Under the pieces are notes generated by a model. That model was not told the DNA's origin, did no database searches, and saw only the letters and a list, made by a program, of their open reading frames with translations. A program made the position numbers and the translations under genes. From a virus (Duplodnaviria; Caudoviricetes), in the IMG/VR virus record IMGVR_UViG_3300014160_000011, positions 1 to 31,586 of that record: a stretch of DNA of 31,586 nucleotides; one strand, 5' to 3'. Shown here in pieces: positions 17,111 through 26,000 of this stretch (positions within the stretch are counted from its first letter, which is position 1; each line of letters opens with the position of its first letter).

Positions 17111-18162
17111 TGGCTTTCGAGTTCACCGGATTGTCGCTCATCGAAATGGGCAGGGTGTTCCTCGAGTCGCGCGGCGTGAAGACCACCGGCTGGAACAAGA
17201 TGCGTCTCGCCGACGAACTCTTCCGGCGCGCCACGCCCCGTTCGAACTTCGAATTGTTCGAAGGCGGCGGCGCGGAGTCGACGAGCGACTTCCCGGCGAT
17301 TCTGGCGAACGTCGCGAACAAGACGCTGCGGCAGTCCTACCAGGCTTATCCGCAGACCTTCAAGCCGTTCTGCCGGCCCGTGACCGCGCCCGATTTCAAG
17401 CCGATCAACCGCGTGCAGCTCTCCGACGCTCCGGCGCTCGCGAAGCTCAATGAGAAGGGCGAGTACCACCACGCGAAATTGACCGACTCGAACATCAACT
17501 ATTCGCTCGGAACCTATGGCGAGATCGTCGCGCTCACCCGCAAGACGATCATCAACGACGATCTGAGTGCGTTCACCCGCATTCCCGGCCAACTCGGCGT
17601 GGCGGCCGCACGCCTGGAGTCCGACACCGTGTGGGGCATCATCACGTCGAATCCCATCGCGCAATACGCGGGGGATCCGGCTGCCGGCGTCGCGCTGTTT
17701 GCCGCCGCTCACAAGAACTACGCCGCGGGCGCGGCCCTGGCCATTGCCACGCTGGGTACGGGACGCACGAACTTCCGGCTGCAGACCGCTCCCCAGGGAA
17801 CCCCGTTAAACCTCCTGCCCCGGTACATCGTGCTGCCGGCGGCGCTTGAAACCACCGCTCTGCAGTTGATCTACCCGATGAACCTGGCGGTGACCGCCGC
17901 GACGGCGGGGATTCCGGAATGGGTCCGCAGCTTGATTCCGATCACCGAACCGCGTCTCGATGCCAACAGCCAGACCGGTTGGTACCTGATCGCCGACCCC
18001 GCGGACATCGACACCATTGAGTACTGCTACCTCGAGGGGCAGGAAGGCGTCTATTTCGAGACCCGCCAGGGCTTCGAGGTGGACGGCATGGAGATGAAGG
18101 CCCGCATGGACTTCGCCGCGGCGGCGATTGAATATCGCGGCATGGCCAAATACACCGCGTAG
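17110..18162 (+). CDS. Major capsid protein (Mu gpT-like domain usually fused to the protease; 350 aa from ATG 17110)
   Basis: STSDFPAILANVANKTL, DFK, NEKGEY, TYGEIVALTRKTIINDDL, EPRLD, TIEYCYLEGQEG, EYRG motifs; TGATG overlap with the protease stop. Confidence 0.92.
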   Translation: MAFEFTGLSLIEMGRVFLESRGVKTTGWNKMRLADELFRRATPRSNFELFEGGGAESTSDFPAILANVANKTLRQSYQAYPQTFKPFCRPVTAPDFKPINRVQLSDAPALAKLNEKGEYHHAKLTDSNINYSLGTYGEIVALTRKTIINDDLSAFTRIPGQLGVAAARLESDTVWGIITSNPIAQYAGDPAAGVALFAAAHKNYAAGAALAIATLGTGRTNFRLQTAPQGTPLNLLPRYIVLPAALETTALQLIYPMNLAVTAATAGIPEWVRSLIPITEPRLDANSQTGWYLIADPADIDTIEYCYLEGQEGVYFETRQGFEVDGMEMKARMDFAAAAIEYRGMAKYTA

Positions 18163-18186
18163 GGCGCGGATCGACAACGAACCCAA

Positions 18187-18214
18187 GCTGGCGAGGCGAG
18201 CGCGCTTCGCCAGC
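18187..18214 (+). other. Strong stem-loop after capsid gene (possible mRNA stabiliser or attenuator)
   Basis: GCTGGCGAGGCG-AGCG-CGCTTCGCCAGC; no U tract. Confidence 0.55.
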
Positions 18215-18241
18215 CCCAACCAAAGAGAGGAAACAACTCAC

Positions 18242-18982
18242 ATGATGAATTACGTGCAACGGGGGGACACCCTCACCATTACGGCGCCCTATGCTCTGAC
18301 TAGCGGCGGCGGCTGCCGCGTCGGAAACATCTTCGGCGTGGCGGTTAACAACCAGAATCCCGGCGACTCGTCCGAAATCGTAACCGAGGGCGTCTTTGAC
18401 CTCGCCAAGGATGGGAGCGCCTTCGCATCGGGGAACCCGGTGTTCTGGAACAACGTGACCATGCTGGCGACCAGCGTGGCCGGCAGCAACTTGTTTATTG
18501 GCTTCGCCGCACTCGATCAACCGAGCGGCGTGGCCGCGCCGGGCCAGAATGCCGGCGACGCGACGGTCCGGGTTAAGCTGTTCCCGGTGCCGCAGCCGGA
18601 GAGCACCGTCGGCGTTGCTCACTTCCTGTACAACGGCGCGACCGATGGCTATGTGAGTTGCACGCCGGCCATCAGCGACACCATCCCGGCGAACGCAGTA
18701 GTCTTCGGCGGGGCGATCAACCCGGTCGTCGCCGTCACGGCGGCCGGCGCGGCGACGGTTTCGCTCGGCACGACCGCAGGATCTTCCGCCACGTCGATCC
18801 TGACGGCTGCGGCCGGCGCGAAGGCTAACCTCACGCTCGACGCGGTCGTTGTGCCATCGTGCGTGGCCGCGCCATTCAAGATGAGCGCCGCCGGCCAAGT
18901 CGCAGTTGCGATTGGGACCGGTCCGCTCACCGCCGGCGCCATCGAAGGCTGGCTCCTGTACTTCCAGGCCAGCGAGGCGTAA
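18242..18982 (+). CDS. DUF2190-family capsid-associated protein with C-terminal extension (246 aa)
   Basis: MNYVQRGDTLTITAPY...GNIFGVA...TEGVFDLAK...GNPVFWN pattern; position after capsid; AGAGG RBS. Confidence 0.82.
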   Translation: MMNYVQRGDTLTITAPYALTSGGGCRVGNIFGVAVNNQNPGDSSEIVTEGVFDLAKDGSAFASGNPVFWNNVTMLATSVAGSNLFIGFAALDQPSGVAAPGQNAGDATVRVKLFPVPQPESTVGVAHFLYNGATDGYVSCTPAISDTIPANAVVFGGAINPVVAVTAAGAATVSLGTTAGSSATSILTAAAGAKANLTLDAVVVPSCVAAPFKMSAAGQVAVAIGTGPLTAGAIEGWLLYFQASEA

Positions 18983-19036
18983 GCGCTGTTTCGCTAGGGG
19001 GCCGGATTACCGCCCGGCCCCTCGGATTGTCCGGCC

Positions 19037-19348
19037 ATGCCTCCCGTCGACTTCACCCAATACAACTCCGTGTTCAGCGCGGGCGGCATCGCTGTGTCCT
19101 GGACGCCGCAGAACGGATCCGGCGTTCAGACCATCCAGGCCATGCCCGTGCCGCCGGCCATGCCGGAGGAACTGATGGGCGGCCAGGGCACTGCCGTCTT
19201 GCGGCTGTGGGTGGACTTCCAGTCCCTCGCTCCCGCGCCCGCCGAGGGCGATGTCTTTAGCGTGTCGGGCGTCTCCTACGTGCTCGGCCGCGTGGAAGCC
19301 GAGACGGAACTCACGGGCGGCGCTGTGCTCAAACTGCGCAAGCAATAA
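19037..19348 (+). CDS. Putative head-tail joining/closure protein
   Basis: Size, position, PAEGDVFSVSGVSYVL motif. Confidence 0.65.
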   Translation: MPPVDFTQYNSVFSAGGIAVSWTPQNGSGVQTIQAMPVPPAMPEELMGGQGTAVLRLWVDFQSLAPAPAEGDVFSVSGVSYVLGRVEAETELTGGAVLKLRKQ

Positions 19349-19355
19349 GAACTCC

Positions 19356-19841
19356 ATGCTCGACTGCTACGACATCACCGAAGCCCTCGCCGCCACGCTC
19401 GCGCTGATCCCCGACCTGGCCGCCGCGATGACGGTGACCGAGAACGGCAACACGGTCGTGCGGATCTCGGCGTTCCACTATCTGCTGGGCCAGGAACGGC
19501 AGTATCTGCGCGCCATCTACGAGATGCCCGCGCCGTCCATGCTGGTCGTCTGGCGCGGCGATGTCGGCGGCGAACAGATGACCCAGGTGCGGCATAAGTA
19601 CGAGATCCACTGCCGCATGGGAAATGCGGCGGGCCAGGAAGATCCCGTCGGCTACGAGCAGTTATGGAATCTGTTCTGCAACGCCGCGCCGACCGGCTTC
19701 CCGCGGAATATTCGGTACATCAACATCCTTCCCGGTCTCGAAATCATGGAGAACCTGCCAACGTGCGAGTTGCCCCAAGACCGGGACGAGATCGACAGGT
19801 TTGTAATCACTCTGGTTATCCCGGAGATCGGCGACGAGTAA
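19356..19841 (+). CDS. Putative tail terminator/completion protein (161 aa)
   Basis: Start reassigned to ATG 19356; position before tail tube; EMPAPSMLVVW strand. Confidence 0.55.
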   Translation: MLDCYDITEALAATLALIPDLAAAMTVTENGNTVVRISAFHYLLGQERQYLRAIYEMPAPSMLVVWRGDVGGEQMTQVRHKYEIHCRMGNAAGQEDPVGYEQLWNLFCNAAPTGFPRNIRYINILPGLEIMENLPTCELPQDRDEIDRFVITLVIPEIGDE

Positions 19842-19859
19842 TCGCCAAGAGGAGACGCT

Positions 19860-20090
19860 GTGGAACTGAAGCAAGAAATGGCCGACGTCGAGGCGGCTAT
19901 CGACCAACTCAAAGCGCAGCAGCCCGCGCCGGCCCCGCCTGCAGCTCAGGCGCCACCGACCGCCGGCGCCGAGAAGGTAACCATGCGGCATCCCCAAAAC
20001 CAGGATACCCAGGTCGTGGACGCCGTTCCCAGTCAACTCATACCCCTGATGCTTCAAGGGTATCGGCAGGTCAAAGAGGCGGTGAAATAG
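19860..20090 (+). CDS. Hypothetical protein (76 aa)
   Basis: AGGAG RBS, GTG start, ends 1 nt before tail tube start. Confidence 0.75.
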   Translation: MELKQEMADVEAAIDQLKAQQPAPAPPAAQAPPTAGAEKVTMRHPQNQDTQVVDAVPSQLIPLMLQGYRQVKEAVK

Positions 20091-20091
20091 C

Positions 20092-21096
20092 ATGTCTGCC
20101 CGCGTTCAACAACTAGTTCTCGGCCTGGGCAACGCACAGGCCAACATTACGACGCCGTCGACCAGCTTCCTGCGGTTCAAGAAACTCGACACGTCGCTCA
20201 CCACGCCCAAGCCCGTCTTTGAGACGGACGCGGCGGAAATCGGCAAGGGCAATGAGTTCGCGACCGCCACGTATCCGTCCCATTACGACGTCGCGAACCG
20301 CATCGAGAAATATGCCAGCGCAGAATTCGCCGCCTGGGCCATTGGGCTTGCCCTCGGCAACAGCGTGCAAACCGGGACTGCGCCGAACTACACCTACACC
20401 ATCGTGCCGCTGAACCCTGCCACAACGCTCGAGCTGCCTTACTTCACAGTCGTCGAGCAGGTCCCTGAGGGCGGCGGCAGCGCAATCGATAACATGCACA
20501 TTGGCTGCGCCATCGAGGACTTCACCTACCAGTTCACCTACGGGCCGGGACGCGCGTCATCGAAGCTGACCGTCAACTGGGTCGGCTCGGGCAAGCTCAA
20601 CTCGCCGAGCGGCGTCGTGGTCCCGGCGGTCACCGTCGAGAACAACATGCTGGCCGCGTCGATGGCGCTCACCGTCAACGGCATCGACCTGGTGGCGAGC
20701 AAACGGATTCTCTCCGGAAGCATCGGCTGGAAGAACAACCTGCTGCTCAACGCGGGGTTCTTCCCCGGCTCCGGCGAACAGAACGGCCTGCAGATCCGCG
20801 GCCGCATGGAAATCGGCGCGCGCGTTCCGACCTTCCAATTCACGGCGCGGCTGCTGGCGACTTCCACCGAATACGCGCTGCTCGTGGCGCAGACCGCCGG
20901 CAGCGCCGTGCTGAGCATCAATTACGACGCCAACCACTCCCTCACGTTCACTTTCCCGCAGCTCGCCTTCAGCATGGTCGAGAACACCGAGGTCGACGGG
21001 ATCGTGGCTGTCACGGTGACCGGAGTGCCCGAATACAACGCCGTTGGTGGGGTCCTGAGCGTCGTCGCGGCCTGCCAACTCGCGGGCGTCGCGTAA
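20092..21096 (+). CDS. Major tail (tube) protein
   Basis: 334 aa beta-rich protein upstream of chaperone and tape measure; followed by a terminator-like hairpin. Confidence 0.78.
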   Translation: MSARVQQLVLGLGNAQANITTPSTSFLRFKKLDTSLTTPKPVFETDAAEIGKGNEFATATYPSHYDVANRIEKYASAEFAAWAIGLALGNSVQTGTAPNYTYTIVPLNPATTLELPYFTVVEQVPEGGGSAIDNMHIGCAIEDFTYQFTYGPGRASSKLTVNWVGSGKLNSPSGVVVPAVTVENNMLAASMALTVNGIDLVASKRILSGSIGWKNNLLLNAGFFPGSGEQNGLQIRGRMEIGARVPTFQFTARLLATSTEYALLVAQTAGSAVLSINYDANHSLTFTFPQLAFSMVENTEVDGIVAVTVTGVPEYNAVGGVLSVVAACQLAGVA

Positions 21097-21131
21097 TACC
21101 GCACTCAACCCAGGGGTGGCCGATCAAGCCA

Positions 21132-21184
21132 GGGGCGGCCCGGAGACGTCCTCCGCGTCGATGATGGGCCGCCCCATTTCTTTT
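21132..21184 (+). terminator. Terminator-like hairpin after tail tube gene
   Basis: GGGGCGGCCC-N24-GGGCCGCCCC followed by ATTTCTTTT. Confidence 0.6.
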
Positions 21185-21240
21185 CAAAGGCAGGATCGGG
21201 TACTGTGGGCGCCGGCGTGACAGGCCGGATTGCCCGCAGG

Positions 21241-21414
21241 TCAGTGCGACTTCTTGTAAGAACAGTAGGCGGCTATCCAGCCCATGCCAACCATGAGGGC
21301 GATCTCAATCCTGGCCCCCCAATTTAGCCCGGCCTTCAGGATCGTCAACCCGAGTATGCAGATCGCAACCGCACTGATGCCGCCTGCAATGAACACACCC
21401 GTTGCGCGTGTCAT
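21241..21414 (-). CDS. Small two-TM membrane protein, moron-like (57 aa; alternative starts 21453/21462)
   Basis: GVFIAGGISAVAICILGLTIL and IEIALMVGMGWIAAYC helices; GAGG upstream of ATG 21414; antisense in a gap of the tail operon. Confidence 0.55.
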   Translation of the reverse strand: MTRATGVFIAGGISAVAICILGLTILKAGLNWGARIEIALMVGMGWIAAYCSYKKSH

Positions 21415-21534
21415 GCGGGCCTCTTGGCGGGTTGGAGCCGGTAGGGTCTTCATCCGTTTCATACTATCGCATGGTTGGCGTGCAGGCTGTGACCGAAAAC
21501 TATAGTTTCGCAAACAACAAACAAAGGAGAACCT

Positions 21535-22176
21535 GTGCTGTACGGAGATTTGCCCATCGTGAAGAGAGAGGGCGGCGACCTGCACGGCGTCACCGTCCGC
21601 AACCCCAACCCCCCGAAAACCGCTATCCTGCGCCTGCCCACCAACCAGGAGCTGCTCGAACGTCTCGACCTGCAGAAATCCATCCGGCGCACGATTGGCC
21701 GGCGCAAAGCGCAGACCGAGTTCGTCCCCAACCGCAAGGCGGACCTCGACCTGTTCAACAAGATCCGCGTTGATTCCGGCGGCGAGGAATTCGACGAATA
21801 CGAGGCGGCCAATGCCATCTCAAAGCTGACCTTTTGCGATGCGAGCGACTGCCAGCGCGAGGGCGACGCCTACCGGATCACGCTCGATACCCCGTTTGGA
21901 ACGACGTCGCACGTGGTGAACCTCCCGCTGCAGCGCGACGTCACCATCTACCGCCGCACGGTGGTCTCCGCCACGGAGCTGCCGCACGGCGTGGAAGAGT
22001 TGCGCTATCGCACCGAACCCGCCATGACGCTCTACGACTCGGTGGTCATCAAGATCGAGGGGTACTCCGCGTCCTTCAAACCCGCCGACGTGCCCCCGCA
22101 TCATAAGTCTTCGGTGGTGGTCGAGCTGATCCAGGCGCTCGAGGACCTGGATCCCGCCATCGACCCAAACTCGTAG
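21535..22176 (+). CDS. Tail assembly chaperone (gpG-like)
   Basis: AAAGGAGA RBS; lies between tube and tape measure; slippery site at 3' end. Confidence 0.75.
   Translation: MLYGDLPIVKREGGDLHGVTVRNPNPPKTAILRLPTNQELLERLDLQKSIRRTIGRRKAQTEFVPNRKADLDLFNKIRVDSGGEEFDEYEAANAISKLTFCDASDCQREGDAYRITLDTPFGTTSHVVNLPLQRDVTIYRRTVVSATELPHGVEELRYRTEPAMTLYDSVVIKIEGYSASFKPADVPPHHKSSVVVELIQALEDLDPAIDPNS
22164..22170 (+). other. Programmed -1 ribosomal frameshift site C CCA AAC
   Basis: In-phase X XXY YYZ heptamer just before TCG TAG; -1 frame is open and continuous with ORF 22212..22661. Confidence 0.8.
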
Positions 22177-22661
22177 CGCCGGATGAGTGGCCGACGCCTC
22201 TCCCTCTCCGGTTGCTGATCTATCGCGCCGTCCACCAGGGCGACCTTTGCGATGGAGGCGAAGATGGTCCCCGAAAGTGCCCCAGCGCCAATGACGTCAT
22301 CTGCGGCGCCTGCGGCTGCCGCCGTGAGGTCGAGGACACGACGGCGCCGGGGAAGTGTCCGCAGTGCGGCGACTGGAAGTTCACCGTCGACCGTTGCGGC
22401 CACTGTCACCTGCATGACCTCGATTACGCGCGCGAACATTCGAGCGCGGGCCGGCTGTTTGAACGGCTCCTGGAGCTGGAGTTCGACTCGCAACACTTCG
22501 CGATTCCCTGGAGCGACGTGACCGCGGAGGAAGTCCGCGGCCTGCAGATTCTGAAGTCGGAGCGCGACCGCTACCAGCGGGAGCAGCACGAGGAAGGCCG
22601 CATCAGCGCGGAAGAGGCGCGCTGGCTCCGACTGATGGAAAGGGCCAAGCAAGCGAAATGA
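22170..22661 (+). CDS. Frameshift extension (gpT-like) of the tail chaperone; fusion spans 21535..22661
   Basis: -1 frame reads LVAPDEWPTPLPLRLLIYRAVHQG...; no good RBS for an independent start; three CxxC motifs. Confidence 0.75.
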   Translation, partial: LVAPDEWPTPLPLRLLIYRAVHQGDLCDGGEDGPRKCPSANDVICGACGCRREVEDTTAPGKCPQCGDWKFTVDRCGHCHLHDLDYAREHSSAGRLFERLLELEFDSQHFAIPWSDVTAEEVRGLQILKSERDRYQREQHEEGRISAEEARWLRLMERAKQAK

Positions 22662-23089
22662 GTCAACGATTCGTATGGCGCCCGCTGAGCGAGGCGGTCA
22701 TGCGCGAGAACATCGGCGTTCCGGTGCTCGCGCACATCCAGGCCCGTCTTCACCAGGCGCACAATTTGAGCGATGCGCCAGCCCTGCCCCTGAAGCCGGG
22801 CAAGGACGGCCGCCGCGGCTATCCGGATTACAAGACGGCGCGGGGCCTGCAGGCGCTGCGCGATCTGTACTGGCGCGGTCTAACCCTGCGGTCGGCGCGG
22901 GTCATCGACGCCAGGCCGAACCAGGTGCGGATCGGCTTCGACAATCCGGAGGCGGCGCGGATCGCCGCCATCAACCAGGCGCGGGAGCCGATGTTCTGGT
23001 TCTCCCCCTCGGACAAGCAATTCATCCAGAACGTAGTTGCTGCGGCGCTTCGGGAGTCCCAGGTGGTGCAAATGAGGAAGGCGGCATAA
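22658..23089 (+). CDS. Hypothetical basic protein, possibly virion morphogenesis/tail completion type
   Basis: ATGA coupling; RDLYWRGLTLRS...VRIGF...AAINQAREPMFWFSPSD pattern. Confidence 0.7.
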   Translation: MSQRFVWRPLSEAVMRENIGVPVLAHIQARLHQAHNLSDAPALPLKPGKDGRRGYPDYKTARGLQALRDLYWRGLTLRSARVIDARPNQVRIGFDNPEAARIAAINQAREPMFWFSPSDKQFIQNVVAAALRESQVVQMRKAA

Positions 23090-23090
23090 C

Positions 23091-26000
23091 GTGGATCCCG
23101 GTCTGATGGCTGATGGCGTGATCTCGCTCGACGACCGTCCGGCACAGGCTGCCTTGGGCCGCGTGAACACGGGCCTCGATCAGCACGAGACCAAGGTCAG
23201 GACGGTTCTCGACCGCACCGGAAAGCAGTGGCAGGTATTCGGCGAGGGCGTCGTGCGCGTCAGTGACAACGGCAAGACCGCGCTTGACCGGCTGCTCGCC
23301 TCGATGGAGAAGCAGTCGCAGCTCGCCGGCAAGAGCGGCGCGGACAAGCTGATCGCCGAGCGCGACGTCCTGATCCGCAAGTGGGGCGAGGAAGAGCGCG
23401 CGGTCACCGCGATCAACGGCGCATACAACAAGATGATCTCCGCCGAGACGGGCGGCGGCATGCAGCAGATGGGCCAGAACCTCCAGAACTTCGTGCAGAG
23501 TCCGCTCAACGCCGCCAAGGACGCCGCCATGGGCCTGGTGGAGAAGATCGGCCCCATGGGGTTTGCGCTGGGCGGCGCGGCAACGGCAGTGGTCGCCATC
23601 GCTTCAGCCGGGTTCCAGGCGGCCAAAGCCCTCGGCGAGTTCGGCGTGCAAGTGCGCGACATCGAGTTGCGCACTGGCCTGTCTGCCAAGGAGGTCGGGC
23701 AGTTCGACATTGCGGCGCGCGCGGTTGGGCAGGACGTCTCGGTTGTGGAGCGGGCCATGCGCGGGTTGACGACGGCCGTGGAGGATGAAAGCAAGGCTGG
23801 AGAGAAGGGCCGGGTGTGGCTCCGGCAATTCGGCGTCGATTTACAGGGCGTGAGGGACGGCTCCGTTTCGACCGCGCAAGTTCTGCTGCAGGTTTCCGAT
23901 GGGCTAAACACCCTGCCCGTTGGGGTCGAGCGCGATAAGGCGGCCATGGACATCTTCAAGCGCGCGGGAATCGACCTGATTCCGTTCCTGAAGGAGCTGC
24001 GCGAGAACCTGCCTCACGGCGACGACTTCGGCTACAACGAGGCGGATATCGAGAAGTTCGAAAAGCTCAACAAAGACGTGGGCCAGATGGAGCGGAGTTG
24101 GGCGGACCTGAAACGCCAGTTCCAGGAGGGCCTGGTCATCGAGGTCAAGTGGGTGGGCGAGCACCTGGAGTGGCTGGGGAAACTCTTCGGGGGCGTCGTC
24201 GGCAACATGGGCGAACCGACGAAGGCGGGGACCTTGAGCGCCGAGGACAAGCTCTACCTGGAGATCCAGCAAGCGAACAAGGCAAAGGGCCACTGGGGCG
24301 CTCAGCCACTGAGCGGCATCCAGCTTTTAGAGCAGCAGCGCGAGCAGGCATTGCAGGACCTTCGGCCCACGGACGCATGGGTCAACCCCAAATACCGGAC
24401 CCCTGCGGCGCAAGCGGGGATTGCCAGGGCCGCCGACTTGCAGGCGCAGATGGACAGGATGGAGCAGGCCAGCGCTGCGGCGAAAGCATCTCCCGCTGCA
24501 GCGGCCGCCGCCGCGCCGGAGAATCGCCTGAAGATCGCGGAGGATTTGCTCAAGACCCTGGACAAGGGAACCGCCGCGTACGAGCGCCAGGAGGCGGTCG
24601 TCAAGACGCTCGAGAAGAGCGAGGCGGCACGCGTCGCCGCGATGGAGAAGCAAATGGAGACGGGCGGCTTCGGCGAGGGGCACACGCGCAATGTCGCTGC
24701 CAGCAACTACGGCTTCGGCGCGGGAGTTACTCGCGCGGTGGCGCCAGGCGACTCCGCTTTCATCGACTCCGGCTTCGGCGCGGGCCGCACCTGGGAACCG
24801 AGCAGCGCATCGCGCCAGGAGACTTCGAAGCAGGATGATCTCGCCCAGTACCGCAAGGACCAGCAAAAGCTCGCTCTTGCCGGCATCGCGGCCGAGACGG
24901 ATGCGACGATCAAACTCCTGGCGTTGCGCGGCGGTGAGGCGGACAACGCGCGCGCCGTGGCCGGGCTGCGGCAAAGCGCGCTCGACCAGGAATACGCCAT
25001 TACGGGAGACATCGTGAAGTGGCGCGAGGAGTCGCTGCACAACGAACTCGACATGCGCCTGAAGATCGCGCAGCAGGAGAAGGAGCAGGCCGACGAGGCG
25101 CAGAAGCAACTCGACCAGCAGGTCGCCACGTTGCAGCGCGCCATAGGCGGCCTATTCCACACGCTCCTTACGAAGCCGCAGGACTTCCGCAAGCAGCTCG
25201 CCGGGACGATGCGCGAGGCGGTCATCAAGCCGGTAAGCGAAGGCCTTGGCGGAATGGCCGCGAACGTATTGCATCCGATCATCTACGGCGCAGATGGCCG
25301 GGGCGGCATCTCCGGCGCGTTCAAGGGGCTGCTGGGCGGCGGCAAGAAGGACGTCGCACAGGTGACCGACGAGAACACGGTGGCCACCCGGCAGAACTCC
25401 GCGGCTGTGGCGGCACTAACCGCAGTCTTCGCGGGCGCGATGGGCGTCTCGGTGCCGGCAATTGCCGCGCCGGCCAGCGGAGGCGGGATTCTCTCCATTC
25501 CGGCGATATCCGCGCCGTCCATAGGCGGCGCGCCAGGCCTGCCGGCGGTCTTCGGGGTCGGCGCCGCCGGGTGGAGTAGTGGCGGCGGTGGCGGCGGCTG
25601 GGCATTGAGCGGCGGCGACGCTGCATCGACGACCTCCGCCGCGCCCGACATGTACAACCTGCCGATCAGCGGACATCCCGGCGCCGGCATAGACGCCCAG
25701 ATGGCCGGCATTCTGCGCGCCTCGCTCGGCGGCGGCGCCAAGGGCGGCAGCAAGCCATTCAACCTGGCGGCGCTGAAGGCCAACTGGGGAATCGGCGGGC
25801 CGGGCGGGACCTCGTTCAAGAGCGTCACGTCGAGCCAGGGAGCCAAGGCCGGCGAGATGGCCGGCGGCGCCATGTTAGCCGAGGCCGGACTGCTTGGGGA
25901 GCGCCGCGGAACCTGGGGCGGCGTGGCTGAGGGCGCGGCGGGCGGCGCCGCTATCGGAATGTCAATCGGCGGCCCGCTGGGCGCGGCCATCGGCGGAGTT

